DNA of 32,000 bases from Nostoc sp. PCC 7120 = FACHB-418 (GTDB lineage Bacteria > Cyanobacteriota > Cyanobacteriia > Cyanobacteriales > Nostocaceae), in the NCBI RefSeq assembly GCF_000009705.1, contig NC_003272.1, positions 2,580,001-2,612,000 on the forward strand. The letters are read 5' to 3'. The notes under the pieces were generated by a model. The model searched no databases, had not been told where the DNA came from, and was given only the letters and a program-made list of their open reading frames with translations. Position numbers and translations under genes: made by a program. Every line of letters starts with the position of its first letter. The first letter of the stretch is position 1. Below, in pieces: positions 8,213 through 16,465 of the stretch.

Positions 8213-9190
8213 TTAAGTGATATTAAATATGTATTTATCAAGATCATCGAGCATTGCATAAGCTGCAAGCATATTCAATCCCCGCCAAACAGAAAAATCT
8301 ACTATGTAAACTTGATTTTGCTGTACAGCTTTGAGTTTAGACCATAAAGGCTTTTGCTGAAGTTTTTTGATAACAGAGTAATCATCTTTGCGTAGCGGTG
8401 CAATAAACAGGATATCGCTATCAATGTTGGGTAAGAGTTCTTCCGAAAGAGGTAAATCGTAATCACCAGATTCGGCAAATATAGGGTTTAATATGCCAAT
8501 ATCATGCAAAATTCCACCCGCAAAAGATTTTTGACGAGTAATAACTAATTGTCCCGCAGCGACAAAAGCAAATGATACGTGAATTTTTCGATGATTATTA
8601 CTAAGTCTCTGTTTTACTTGATTAACACGTTGGTTATAGTAATTTATCTGTTGAATACTTGTTTCTCTTCTGTTTAAAATTCTGGCAGTATCTTGAATGT
8701 GTTGTTTCCAGTTTCCTCTAGTTTCTATCCAAGGTAGAACTACTGTAGGTGCAATTTGTGAAGCATATTTATAAATTCCTGCAAATCCTGGATGGGAAAT
8801 CACAATAATTAAATCGGGATTAAGTAATACAAGTTTTTCTAAATTAATTTGACCGCTTGAACTACGTAATATTTCTACTCCCTCTGCTTTTCCTTGAAAG
8901 TAAGGAAAGTCATCTTCTATTTCAGTTGTAATCCAAGTGGCGATGGGTTTGGTATCTAAGGCTAAAAGTGCAGCAAAACTATTAAAATCTAAGGTGACAA
9001 TTCGTTGGGGTTTGAGGGGAATACAAGTTTCTCCTTGGACGTGTTGCACCACTCGACATTTTGCGTTTTGTTGTGGAGATATTGAGTTTGTCGCTTCATA
9101 GGTAAAGCTTTTACTACTAACCCAAATAGCAGTAAATATCAAAATTCCTAATAAGAATAAGACAACAAAGCGGCGTGAAATTATTTTCAT
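8213..9190 (-). CDS. ABC-transporter periplasmic substrate-binding protein, iron-siderophore/cobalamin (FhuD/FecB, Peripla_BP_2) type
   Basis: Start chosen at MKIISRRFVVLFLLGILIFTAIW (ATG 9190, signal/anchor); the track ORF extends to 9244. Motifs: PQRIVTLDFNSFAALLALDTKPIA and NPDLIIV, typical of class III binding proteins. Confidence 0.8.
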   Translation of the reverse strand: MKIISRRFVVLFLLGILIFTAIWVSSKSFTYEATNSISPQQNAKCRVVQHVQGETCIPLKPQRIVTLDFNSFAALLALDTKPIATWITTEIEDDFPYFQGKAEGVEILRSSSGQINLEKLVLLNPDLIIVISHPGFAGIYKYASQIAPTVVLPWIETRGNWKQHIQDTARILNRRETSIQQINYYNQRVNQVKQRLSNNHRKIHVSFAFVAAGQLVITRQKSFAGGILHDIGILNPIFAESGDYDLPLSEELLPNIDSDILFIAPLRKDDYSVIKKLQQKPLWSKLKAVQQNQVYIVDFSVWRGLNMLAAYAMLDDLDKYIFNIT

Positions 9191-9319
9191 AGATTTGTGC
9201 TTTGTAAAACAGGATTGGTACACATTTCCAGAAATTGAGAACATTCTTGTTTCTGAAGATGTCTAAATAAATCCTGTCAGCTTTTATCCTCCAGTGTGAG
9301 TTAGAAAATCATGGGATTA

Positions 9320-11956
9320 TCAAAATGTCCAAGAAATAGTTCCTTGGATTGTAAATGGCTCACCAGGAGAGACACGCAAGCGATTGAAAGCATTTTCAAA
9401 ATAGTCTACGTCAAAGAGGTTTCTGATATTAATCGCCGCACGGAATCTATCTTGTTTGTAGAAGATAGCTGCATTAGTTGTTAAATAACTAGGTACTTCA
9501 AATGTATTTCCCGTATCTCCAGCGCGATCGCCTACATAAAACAATCCTAAACCAAAACCCAATCCCTGCAAATTGCCTCCTTGAATTTCGTAGGTTGTCC
9601 ATAAACTAGCCGCATGGGGAGTTGTGCGTTGTACGCGATTGCCTACGGGAATGCTATTATCTTCGGTGACACGAGCATCGTTATAGGCATAACTAGCAAA
9701 TACATTCCATCCGGGTAAAATTTCACCTGTAAGGCTGAGTTCAATACCTTGGCTGCGCTGTTCTCCAGTTTGCACAGAAAAGCCTATATTATTTGGATCG
9801 TCAGTTAAAACGTTCGATTGGGTAATATCATACAACGCCAGTGTTGTCGAAAGCCTCTGGTTTAAATCTGCTTTTACTCCCACCTCAAACTGCGTACCTC
9901 TGGTAGGCTTAAAGGTTCTACCATCAAAGGCTTGACCGATGGCTGGCTGAAACGAGCGACTGTAGTTAGCATAAAGGGAAATGGGCGGGATTGGCTGATA
10001 GACAATGCCCACGCGGGGACTAAAGGCACTCCCTGATTGACTGGTTTCTGTACCAGCGAGAAAATCTTTGTCGGTTTGGGTGAAGGTATCAAATCGACCA
10101 CTGACGAGTAATTTTAAGTTGTCGGCGATCGCCACCTGATCTTGTATGATGATGCCAAGTTCATCAGTGACGGTATTAGTATCACTCTCAAATGTTATTG
10201 CTCCCACTGGTTGACCGTAAATGGGATTAAATAAATCAATGGGTGCGCCTGATCTACCCGTAAATTTTAAGCTATTGTTCAGCCTTCCTAGATCAATACC
10301 AAATAGTAATTGATGCTTGATTGCACCTGTTGTAAACTTGCCGATCACATTTGTTGTTAGTCTATAGTCACGATAGCGATCATTGGAATCGTTAGCTGTT
10401 CTCAGTAGGGTACGATTATCGGCTAAAAGCCTTGTACCAACGTTTAGTCCAATACCGTCATAGTTAACGTAGCCATACCGAAAAGAATTATTTAATGACC
10501 AATTCTCATTAAATTTATGCTCTAATCTATATCCAATTCTGGCAGTTGTGACATCAAGTTCGCCTTCATTAGTAATGCGGCTGCGGGGTATATCGCCATT
10601 AGGATTAGAAAAGATAGTGCCAATCGCAGGTAAGCCCAAGTTATTGTTCTCTTGCTCTAGATTCTTATAAACTCCTTCAATGGTCAAATTTGTATTTTTG
10701 CTCAGTTCCAGACTCAAAACTGGCGCAATCACTAGGTTTCTAGTTTGGCTCAGATCAGTGAAAAATCCTTGATCTCTGTAAGATGCGTTCAGACGATATA
10801 AGGCTTTCTTCTCATCATCTAGCGGCCCCGATAAATCCACCTCACCACGGTAAAAATCAAAACTACCCACAGTTGCTTCAACAAAGTAGTAGGGATCTCG
10901 TAAAGGTTGTTTGGTGACAAAGTTGACTGTTCCGCCTGGAGATGTTGAACCCAGTAAAACTGAGTTTGGCCCTAGAAGAATTTCAATATTTTCGATTCCT
11001 GTCAAATCAGGCCCCACGTTAGAGGCTAAACCGTTAGTCTCTTTAATACCATTCAGCGTAGGTTGACTAAAAAATCCTCGTACCTGCAATCGCAACGAGT
11101 CAAAATTAGAAGGTGCTGCGTTACGCACACTGGGAGCGTTTAGCAGCGCGCTGGATATATCGGCGCGTTGATCCCGCAACACTTCTTGGGGAATAATCTG
11201 AATTGATTGGGGAATATCTCGCAGGGGTGTATCTGTCCGCGTTACCGTACTCGCATTGGGGACACGATATCTATCTTGCTCTCCCGTGACTACCAACTCA
11301 ATTGGCTCATCCTGCTGTGCTGTTGGTTCTGCTGGTGGTGTTTGACTTGTTGGCTGTTCTTGCGGTTGCTGCGTTGCTGTTGTCGTAGATGCTACTGCAA
11401 AAATCAGCCCTTCATCCCCATCAAATAACTCAACTGTGGGCAAAGCCGTCTCGCCGTTCACGGTGACTCGTACAGTATTTGCATCAATATTTGTAACTGT
11501 TATTTCAGTAATTCCCGCAATTGGTTTTTCGGAACGAAATGTGAAAGCTTCTCCCGATGGTAAACGCAACTGAGCATTGGGGACATCTGCAATAAAGTTA
11601 TTACCTTCACTGCGATTTGTGATTTGCAGTTTTTCCCCAAGGGTAGTTTCTAAAATTACCTCGACACCTTTTTCAGTGGGATTAGCTTTCACACCTGTAA
11701 TTGGGACAATATCCCCGCTTGGTGTCTGTACCAACATGATGGCACTAGTCCCCGGTAGTTTAATTTCACTAAGTTGGGGAATTGGAGAATTGTTTTTTTG
11801 TTTTGGGGATAAAGAGGGTATATCTATTGTTTCTGTATCTTGGGGATTGGGTTGATCCTTTGCCCATACCGGTTGTACTGCAATTATATTGAAGTATCCA
11901 CAAAGGCTGATGATAAACCATAAATGAATACTGGGGGACAAACACCAACGCTTCAT
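9320..11956 (-). CDS. TonB-dependent siderophore receptor with N-terminal AMIN-type domain
   Basis: 878 aa. Signal peptide, then an AMIN-like domain (ITGVKANPTEKGVEVILETTLGEKLQITNRSEGNNFIADVPNAQLRL...VTNIDANTVRVTV). A P/Q/T-rich linker follows, then the plug (STVTRTDTPLRDIPQSIQIIPQEVLRDQ, LRLQVRGF) and a barrel ending in ...GTISWTF. Confidence 0.9.
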   Translation of the reverse strand: MKRWCLSPSIHLWFIISLCGYFNIIAVQPVWAKDQPNPQDTETIDIPSLSPKQKNNSPIPQLSEIKLPGTSAIMLVQTPSGDIVPITGVKANPTEKGVEVILETTLGEKLQITNRSEGNNFIADVPNAQLRLPSGEAFTFRSEKPIAGITEITVTNIDANTVRVTVNGETALPTVELFDGDEGLIFAVASTTTATQQPQEQPTSQTPPAEPTAQQDEPIELVVTGEQDRYRVPNASTVTRTDTPLRDIPQSIQIIPQEVLRDQRADISSALLNAPSVRNAAPSNFDSLRLQVRGFFSQPTLNGIKETNGLASNVGPDLTGIENIEILLGPNSVLLGSTSPGGTVNFVTKQPLRDPYYFVEATVGSFDFYRGEVDLSGPLDDEKKALYRLNASYRDQGFFTDLSQTRNLVIAPVLSLELSKNTNLTIEGVYKNLEQENNNLGLPAIGTIFSNPNGDIPRSRITNEGELDVTTARIGYRLEHKFNENWSLNNSFRYGYVNYDGIGLNVGTRLLADNRTLLRTANDSNDRYRDYRLTTNVIGKFTTGAIKHQLLFGIDLGRLNNSLKFTGRSGAPIDLFNPIYGQPVGAITFESDTNTVTDELGIIIQDQVAIADNLKLLVSGRFDTFTQTDKDFLAGTETSQSGSAFSPRVGIVYQPIPPISLYANYSRSFQPAIGQAFDGRTFKPTRGTQFEVGVKADLNQRLSTTLALYDITQSNVLTDDPNNIGFSVQTGEQRSQGIELSLTGEILPGWNVFASYAYNDARVTEDNSIPVGNRVQRTTPHAASLWTTYEIQGGNLQGLGFGLGLFYVGDRAGDTGNTFEVPSYLTTNAAIFYKQDRFRAAINIRNLFDVDYFENAFNRLRVSPGEPFTIQGTISWTF

Positions 11957-11996
11957 CGTTCCTCACACCACACAATAAACTTATCAAAGTCAGCCT

Positions 11997-12027
11997 ATTA
12001 CTGCTAATAATTCTTAATAGCAGTTAA
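11997..12027. promoter_or_regulatory. Imperfect AT-rich palindrome upstream of the receptor gene (candidate operator, Fur- or PchR-box-like)
   Basis: ATTACTGCTAATAA-TTC-TTAATAGCAGTTAA, with a perfect core ACTGCTA (12000..12006) / TAGCAGT (12018..12024). It lies 41-71 nt upstream of the ATG at 11956, in the 119-bp AraC-receptor spacer. Confidence 0.3.
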
Positions 12028-12075
12028 AGTAGTATAGGGAAGTTACTCGCAGGGTGTCTATCCAAAAACCGCCAG

Positions 12076-13098
12076 TTATGATCCAAAAACCGTCTTGTGA
12101 CCTGCCAAACATTGTCTAGGTGTGATGCCAAATCGCCGCTTAAATGCCGCCGAAAAATGACCTAAATGCCCATAGCCTACGAGATTTGCTACTTCTGCTA
12201 CTGTTGGTTGGCGTTGCTTGTTGCAGACATCTCCTTGGCGTAATAATTGTTCGGCTTTATCTAAGCGCAACTGTGTCAAATAGCCTACAACCGTTGTCTG
12301 AAAAATTATTTGAAAACCGCGTTGTAGGGTGCGATCGCTCACGCCTACCAGTTGAGCTAATGTTGATAGTGATGGTGGATGCTCGATTTGAGCGGTTAAA
12401 ATTTCTTTGGCGTGGTGGATACGGGCAATTGTATCTGGTTTGAGTTTTGGTAAGTTGCGAATCGGTTCTTGATTGTCAGCAATTAAATCTAGATACAAGG
12501 CTAATAACTCAAACACTTTGGCTTGTAAATAGAGGCGTTTGGCTGCACCGCGATAGGGTGGATGCCATAATTCTTGAGCAAGCGATCGCACTTTTGCTGT
12601 CACCTTTGGGTAAAAAGCCACCTTCCAATCCTCACCCTGGAATAGTTGCTTGATATTGTCTAGCTGCCGTTGTCCATCGTCCAAAAAAGATTCCAGCACC
12701 TCTGGCTCAATTTCTACATTCACAAAACTCAAACGCCCTCCACCTTGATGCTTTTCGGTAACGCCGGGCGAAACCCCACTACCAGAAAAATAACTGCGCG
12801 TCCCATCCAAACGCGGGTGAACCTCATCACAGTCAAAGAATCCCGATAACAAAATATTAATTTGAATTAAATGGTCGTGGGCAGGTATCTTGATCATCAA
12901 ATCCTGGTGGTATTCGCAATCCGCGAAACCCAACGATACCCCAGGTGATAGCTCTATGTAACAAGAATAACCCTGACCAGCAACTTGCGGCATCTGCAAA
13001 ACTTCCTCAAACCCATCAGAGACAAACTTCTGCACATGAGAAGCGGCAGTCTGCTGCCACATCTCATCCCAGTCCGATTTATTGAGGATTAATGTCAT
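12076..13098 (-). CDS. AraC-family transcriptional regulator, PchR-like (upstream of receptor 9320..11956)
   Basis: 340 aa. The N-terminal domain is paralogous to 3339..3722. C-terminal AraC HTH: PSLSTLAQLVGVSDRTLQRGFQIIFQTTVVGYLTQLRLDKAEQLL...VAEVANLVGYGHLGHFSAAFKRRFGITPRQ. Confidence 0.85.
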   Translation of the reverse strand: MTLILNKSDWDEMWQQTAASHVQKFVSDGFEEVLQMPQVAGQGYSCYIELSPGVSLGFADCEYHQDLMIKIPAHDHLIQINILLSGFFDCDEVHPRLDGTRSYFSGSGVSPGVTEKHQGGGRLSFVNVEIEPEVLESFLDDGQRQLDNIKQLFQGEDWKVAFYPKVTAKVRSLAQELWHPPYRGAAKRLYLQAKVFELLALYLDLIADNQEPIRNLPKLKPDTIARIHHAKEILTAQIEHPPSLSTLAQLVGVSDRTLQRGFQIIFQTTVVGYLTQLRLDKAEQLLRQGDVCNKQRQPTVAEVANLVGYGHLGHFSAAFKRRFGITPRQCLAGHKTVFGS

Positions 13099-13124
13099 GG
13101 GGCTACAGACGCAAAACTAGATAG

Positions 13125-13160
13125 TTGCTATTAATTAGCAATTATCATATCACACCTGCT
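13125..13160. promoter_or_regulatory. Leader/promoter elements of the AraC gene: palindrome TTGCTA-TTAAT-TAGCAA plus a motif CACACCTGCT conserved with the pseudogene copy
   Basis: The palindrome is at 13125..13141. CACACCTGCT at 13151..13160 is 53 nt from the start. The same decamer at 3777..3786 is 55 nt from the start of the truncated paralogue, within a ~25-nt alignable stretch. Confidence 0.35.
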
Positions 13161-13394
13161 CATCTTCATTCATTAATCCGATGCAGCAACCTCCTAACGC
13201 TCTTCTATTACTCTCGTTAAATAACAATTCAGACCCCGTGATTTTTAAGGCTTTGATAAATTTAGGAGTAGTAGCGTGTCAAGCCTTAAATGTTGCATTA
13301 AAACATCGATTTTATCCGCGTACCCTGCGGGAAGCAAGCTACATCTGTGTTTAATTTTTCCAATTTAATCCACTATTTTAGCCTTGATACGCCA

Positions 13395-13437
13395 GTAGGT
13401 TGGGTTGAACAACGTGAAACCCAACCTACATTTTTTT
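13395..13437 (+). terminator. Strong canonical intrinsic terminator oriented on the plus strand
   Basis: Perfect 12-bp stem GTAGGTTGGGTT (13395..13406) / AACCCAACCTAC (13418..13429) with an 11-nt loop. It is followed by A + TTTTTTT (13431..13437). There is no U-tract in the minus orientation. Confidence 0.7.
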
Positions 13438-13462
13438 CTTTCATCAGAGTCATAAAATAGCA

Positions 13463-16387
13463 CTAATTACTTACAGCTACATTAAAGATTAGTTCTTCTA
13501 GCGTACCGAGTAATTCTTGCTCATTGTAAGGTTTAGAAAAATAAGCTCTAGCGCCTAACTGCATGGCTAGTTGCCGATGTTTATTGCTACTACGAGAAGT
13601 GAGCATGGCTACTGGGATATTTTTTGTCTCCAAGTTGGAGTTAATTCGGTCTAAAAAGCCATAACCATCAAGACGTGGCATTTCAATATCACAAATTACA
13701 GCTTTCACTTTTAAGCCACTCTCTAATTTTTCCCAGGCATCTTCACCATCTTTTGCTTGTTCTACTTGATATCCTCCTTTTTCTAAAGTTAATGCTAGGA
13801 AGCGACGCACATTAATGGAGTCATCAATGATTAAAATGGTGCCTTTGTTTTGAGTGGGGGGTGCTGGTAGTTTGGCACTATCAAAGAAGAGGAAGGGCGT
13901 TTTTAGTGTAGCTGATGATGATTGGAGATTTTTGGTGGGGTGTTGATTGGTGGCAATTTTATACAGGAGTTCATTGGTATTAACTAATGCCACAACTCGA
14001 CCATCACCTAAAATGGTGCAATTACTAAAGCCTTGGGGTAAGGGTATATTGCCCTCAACTTGGCGGATAGCAACTTCCTGTTCACCCCAGCAACGGTCTA
14101 CCAATATAGCAACTGGTTGATTATTGCCTTTAACTATTAAGACGCTATGGGCATTAATTGCTGGGGGTGTTTCTAGTTCTGGGCTATCGTAGCGGGGACA
14201 GTTAAATTCTAGGTGGCGACCAAGGCGAATGAGGGGAAGCATCGTCCCTTGCCAATTGAGGACTTCATTACCCGCCATTGGGAATACTTGCTCGTTTTGC
14301 AATAGGGAGATTTCCGAAACCACATCGGTAGGAAATGCTAACAGCATTTTGTTGGTTTCTATTAGCAACACTCTGGCGATGGAAAGGGTAAATGGTACTG
14401 ATAAGGTAAAGGTTGTACCAACACCTAATTCTGTATCAACTGTAATATCGCCGCGCACTAGTTTGAGGTTATTACGCACTACATCCATCCCCACACCACG
14501 ACCAGATAAGGCGGTGACTTGTTCGGAGGTGGTAAACCCTGGTTCAAAAATTAGTGATAGGAGTTCTTCATCAGTGGCGTTGGCTAGCAAAGTCTCATCT
14601 ATCCCCATTCCTTGGGCGCGGGTGCGGATTTTATCTAAAGAAATGCCCCGACCATCATCGCGCATGGTGATGATAGTACGATTACTGCGGTGAGTGGCAG
14701 TAATTTCAATTAAGCCTTGTTCTGGTTTGCCTAATGCCTGACGGGTGGCAGATTCTTCGATACCATGATCAAAGGCATTCCTTAATAGGTGCATTAATGG
14801 CTCATTTAAGGCTTCTAAAATGCTGCGTTCAATTAAGGTGTTACCACCTGTAATTTTCAATTGAACATTTTTGCTGTATTCTACATTTAAATCGCGGATG
14901 GCTCTGGGGAAACGCTCAACTAAGTCCGACATGGGGCGCATTCGGATATGGTTGAGCTTGGTTTGTAATTGTTTTGATGTTTTATTGAGTTTACGGGCGA
15001 CGTGGTCTGTGTCGTCAACGCTGAGTTGAATATCTGTGGTGACTTCTTGGACTTGGACAATAGTTTCCACTACTGTTTGCGATCGCAAGTTTAACTCATT
15101 ATACCGATCCATCTCTAAGGCATCAAACTCGCTCTCTGGGTCTTGGGTCTGTGGATATTCTGCACCATGATGAGCATTTACCAAGTCTTTGGTAGTTTTT
15201 CGCTCCTGAATTGTCCGCAATTCTTGATTTTCCCGTTCTAGGGTATGGACACGCTGGTTTAGGTTACGTACAAGTTTGCGTAATCTTTCAATTTGAGAGT
15301 TAAGGCCATTACGTTGGACAATCAACTCACCGAATAAATCATTTATTTCTTCTAATTGTTTACTAGGAACACGGACTGTATTTTCTGGATGTTCACGGTC
15401 TTTGTTAGCAAGTAATGTATAATCTGTTGTTGTATTTTCTTTAGCAAATTCTGTCAGTATTTCGGGGAAATTAATAACGCTAAGGGGATTATGATTATTC
15501 TTTTCTGATACTGTCAAATCTTCAGGAATAAAATCTGATTCTATAGATGTTTCTGATGGTTTATCTGCTTCAAATTGTGGTAGAGATGGAGTATGTACGG
15601 GGATATGAACTAATTCACCAAATTGGAGTTCTGTAGGTAATTTATCACGTTGATTTGTTAAAACTAAAGCTTGCGATCGCCGCCATGTTTGTAATGCTAA
15701 TTGGGCAATTTCTGAGACATTACCGTTGGAATTTTCTATATGATATTTAATAGATTCACATAGTTGGGTAAAAGCTGGTAATTGCAACATTTCTCCCAAA
15801 CCGCCCAATTCCGCCGCCATGATGGCGACTTCTTCTTGTAAACAAGGCTGGTTTTGATCTACCAAAACCGACTCTAGACGCTGGAGACACCCTTCGATTT
15901 CTGATTCAAATAACAAAGGAATGATATCTTGCCCCTCCTCTGGTGATAGCATGGTTGCAGCATCTTCCGGAGTTGGATCACCAAGGCGATCGCGCAATTC
16001 ATCAAAGACTGGGTGACAAAATGTCGCTAACCAATCATCTTCTACCGCATTTCCTTCTCCTAGTAACTGGAGAATTTGCCGCAACCAATCAACAGCAGAA
16101 AGTAATAAACTTTGTAATTGGGTATCAATTTCTAGGGAATTTTTGCGGGTTTTTAAAACCTTAAAAGCATCTTCTAAACGATGAGATAAATCACTCAAAG
16201 CGCGAAATCCCATCATCGCCGCCCCGCCCTTAATTGAGTGAGCAGCGCGTAATGCACCGTTAATTTTTTCTAAGTCAATGCGGTGACTTGTGTCGATTTC
16301 TAGTAATACCCCTTCTAGAGTATTAATGTAATCTGTAGCTTCTTCCAGAAATTGCATCTGGATTTCTAATTCTTTATCTTTTGACAT
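13463..16387 (-). CDS. Hybrid CheA-like histidine kinase with C-terminal receiver (HmpE/PilL-type)
   Basis: 974 aa. Hpt domain (RAAHSIKGGAAMMGF). HATPase N/G boxes (LMHLLRNAFDHGIE, DDGRGISLDKI, GFTTSEQVTALSGRGVGMDVV). A CheW-like domain follows, then a REC domain (ILIIDDSINVRR...DIEMPRLDGYGF...YFSKPYNEQELL). Confidence 0.9.
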   Translation of the reverse strand: MSKDKELEIQMQFLEEATDYINTLEGVLLEIDTSHRIDLEKINGALRAAHSIKGGAAMMGFRALSDLSHRLEDAFKVLKTRKNSLEIDTQLQSLLLSAVDWLRQILQLLGEGNAVEDDWLATFCHPVFDELRDRLGDPTPEDAATMLSPEEGQDIIPLLFESEIEGCLQRLESVLVDQNQPCLQEEVAIMAAELGGLGEMLQLPAFTQLCESIKYHIENSNGNVSEIAQLALQTWRRSQALVLTNQRDKLPTELQFGELVHIPVHTPSLPQFEADKPSETSIESDFIPEDLTVSEKNNHNPLSVINFPEILTEFAKENTTTDYTLLANKDREHPENTVRVPSKQLEEINDLFGELIVQRNGLNSQIERLRKLVRNLNQRVHTLERENQELRTIQERKTTKDLVNAHHGAEYPQTQDPESEFDALEMDRYNELNLRSQTVVETIVQVQEVTTDIQLSVDDTDHVARKLNKTSKQLQTKLNHIRMRPMSDLVERFPRAIRDLNVEYSKNVQLKITGGNTLIERSILEALNEPLMHLLRNAFDHGIEESATRQALGKPEQGLIEITATHRSNRTIITMRDDGRGISLDKIRTRAQGMGIDETLLANATDEELLSLIFEPGFTTSEQVTALSGRGVGMDVVRNNLKLVRGDITVDTELGVGTTFTLSVPFTLSIARVLLIETNKMLLAFPTDVVSEISLLQNEQVFPMAGNEVLNWQGTMLPLIRLGRHLEFNCPRYDSPELETPPAINAHSVLIVKGNNQPVAILVDRCWGEQEVAIRQVEGNIPLPQGFSNCTILGDGRVVALVNTNELLYKIATNQHPTKNLQSSSATLKTPFLFFDSAKLPAPPTQNKGTILIIDDSINVRRFLALTLEKGGYQVEQAKDGEDAWEKLESGLKVKAVICDIEMPRLDGYGFLDRINSNLETKNIPVAMLTSRSSNKHRQLAMQLGARAYFSKPYNEQELLGTLEELIFNVAVSN

Positions 16388-16465
16388 AGTTTTTGTCAGT
16401 GGTCAGTTGTCAGTTGTCATTGGTCAGTTGTCATTAGTTAACAGTTAACAGTCAACAACGAACTC
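16388..16465. repeat. STRR-like heptanucleotide tandem repeats in the MCP-CheA spacer
   Basis: GTCAGTG GTCAGTT GTCAGTT GTCATTG GTCAGTT GTCATTA GTTAACA GTTAACA GTCAACA: a 7-bp periodicity that contains TTGGTCA-type units. Confidence 0.85.

Noticed and set aside
9874-12653. Nested/antisense ORFs 9874..10101, 11207..11428, 11577..11855, 11769..11987, 12144..12443, 12447..12653
   Set aside because: All overlap the strongly supported receptor (9320..11956) or AraC (12076..13098) frames. Their sequences are Cys/Leu/Trp-rich and typical of out-of-frame translation.
16388-16465. Possible CRISPR-like array (also 21245..21305 and 22655..22712)
   Set aside because: The period is only 7 bp, there are no unique spacers and no cas genes. 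These are STRR-type heptamer repeats, not CRISPR.
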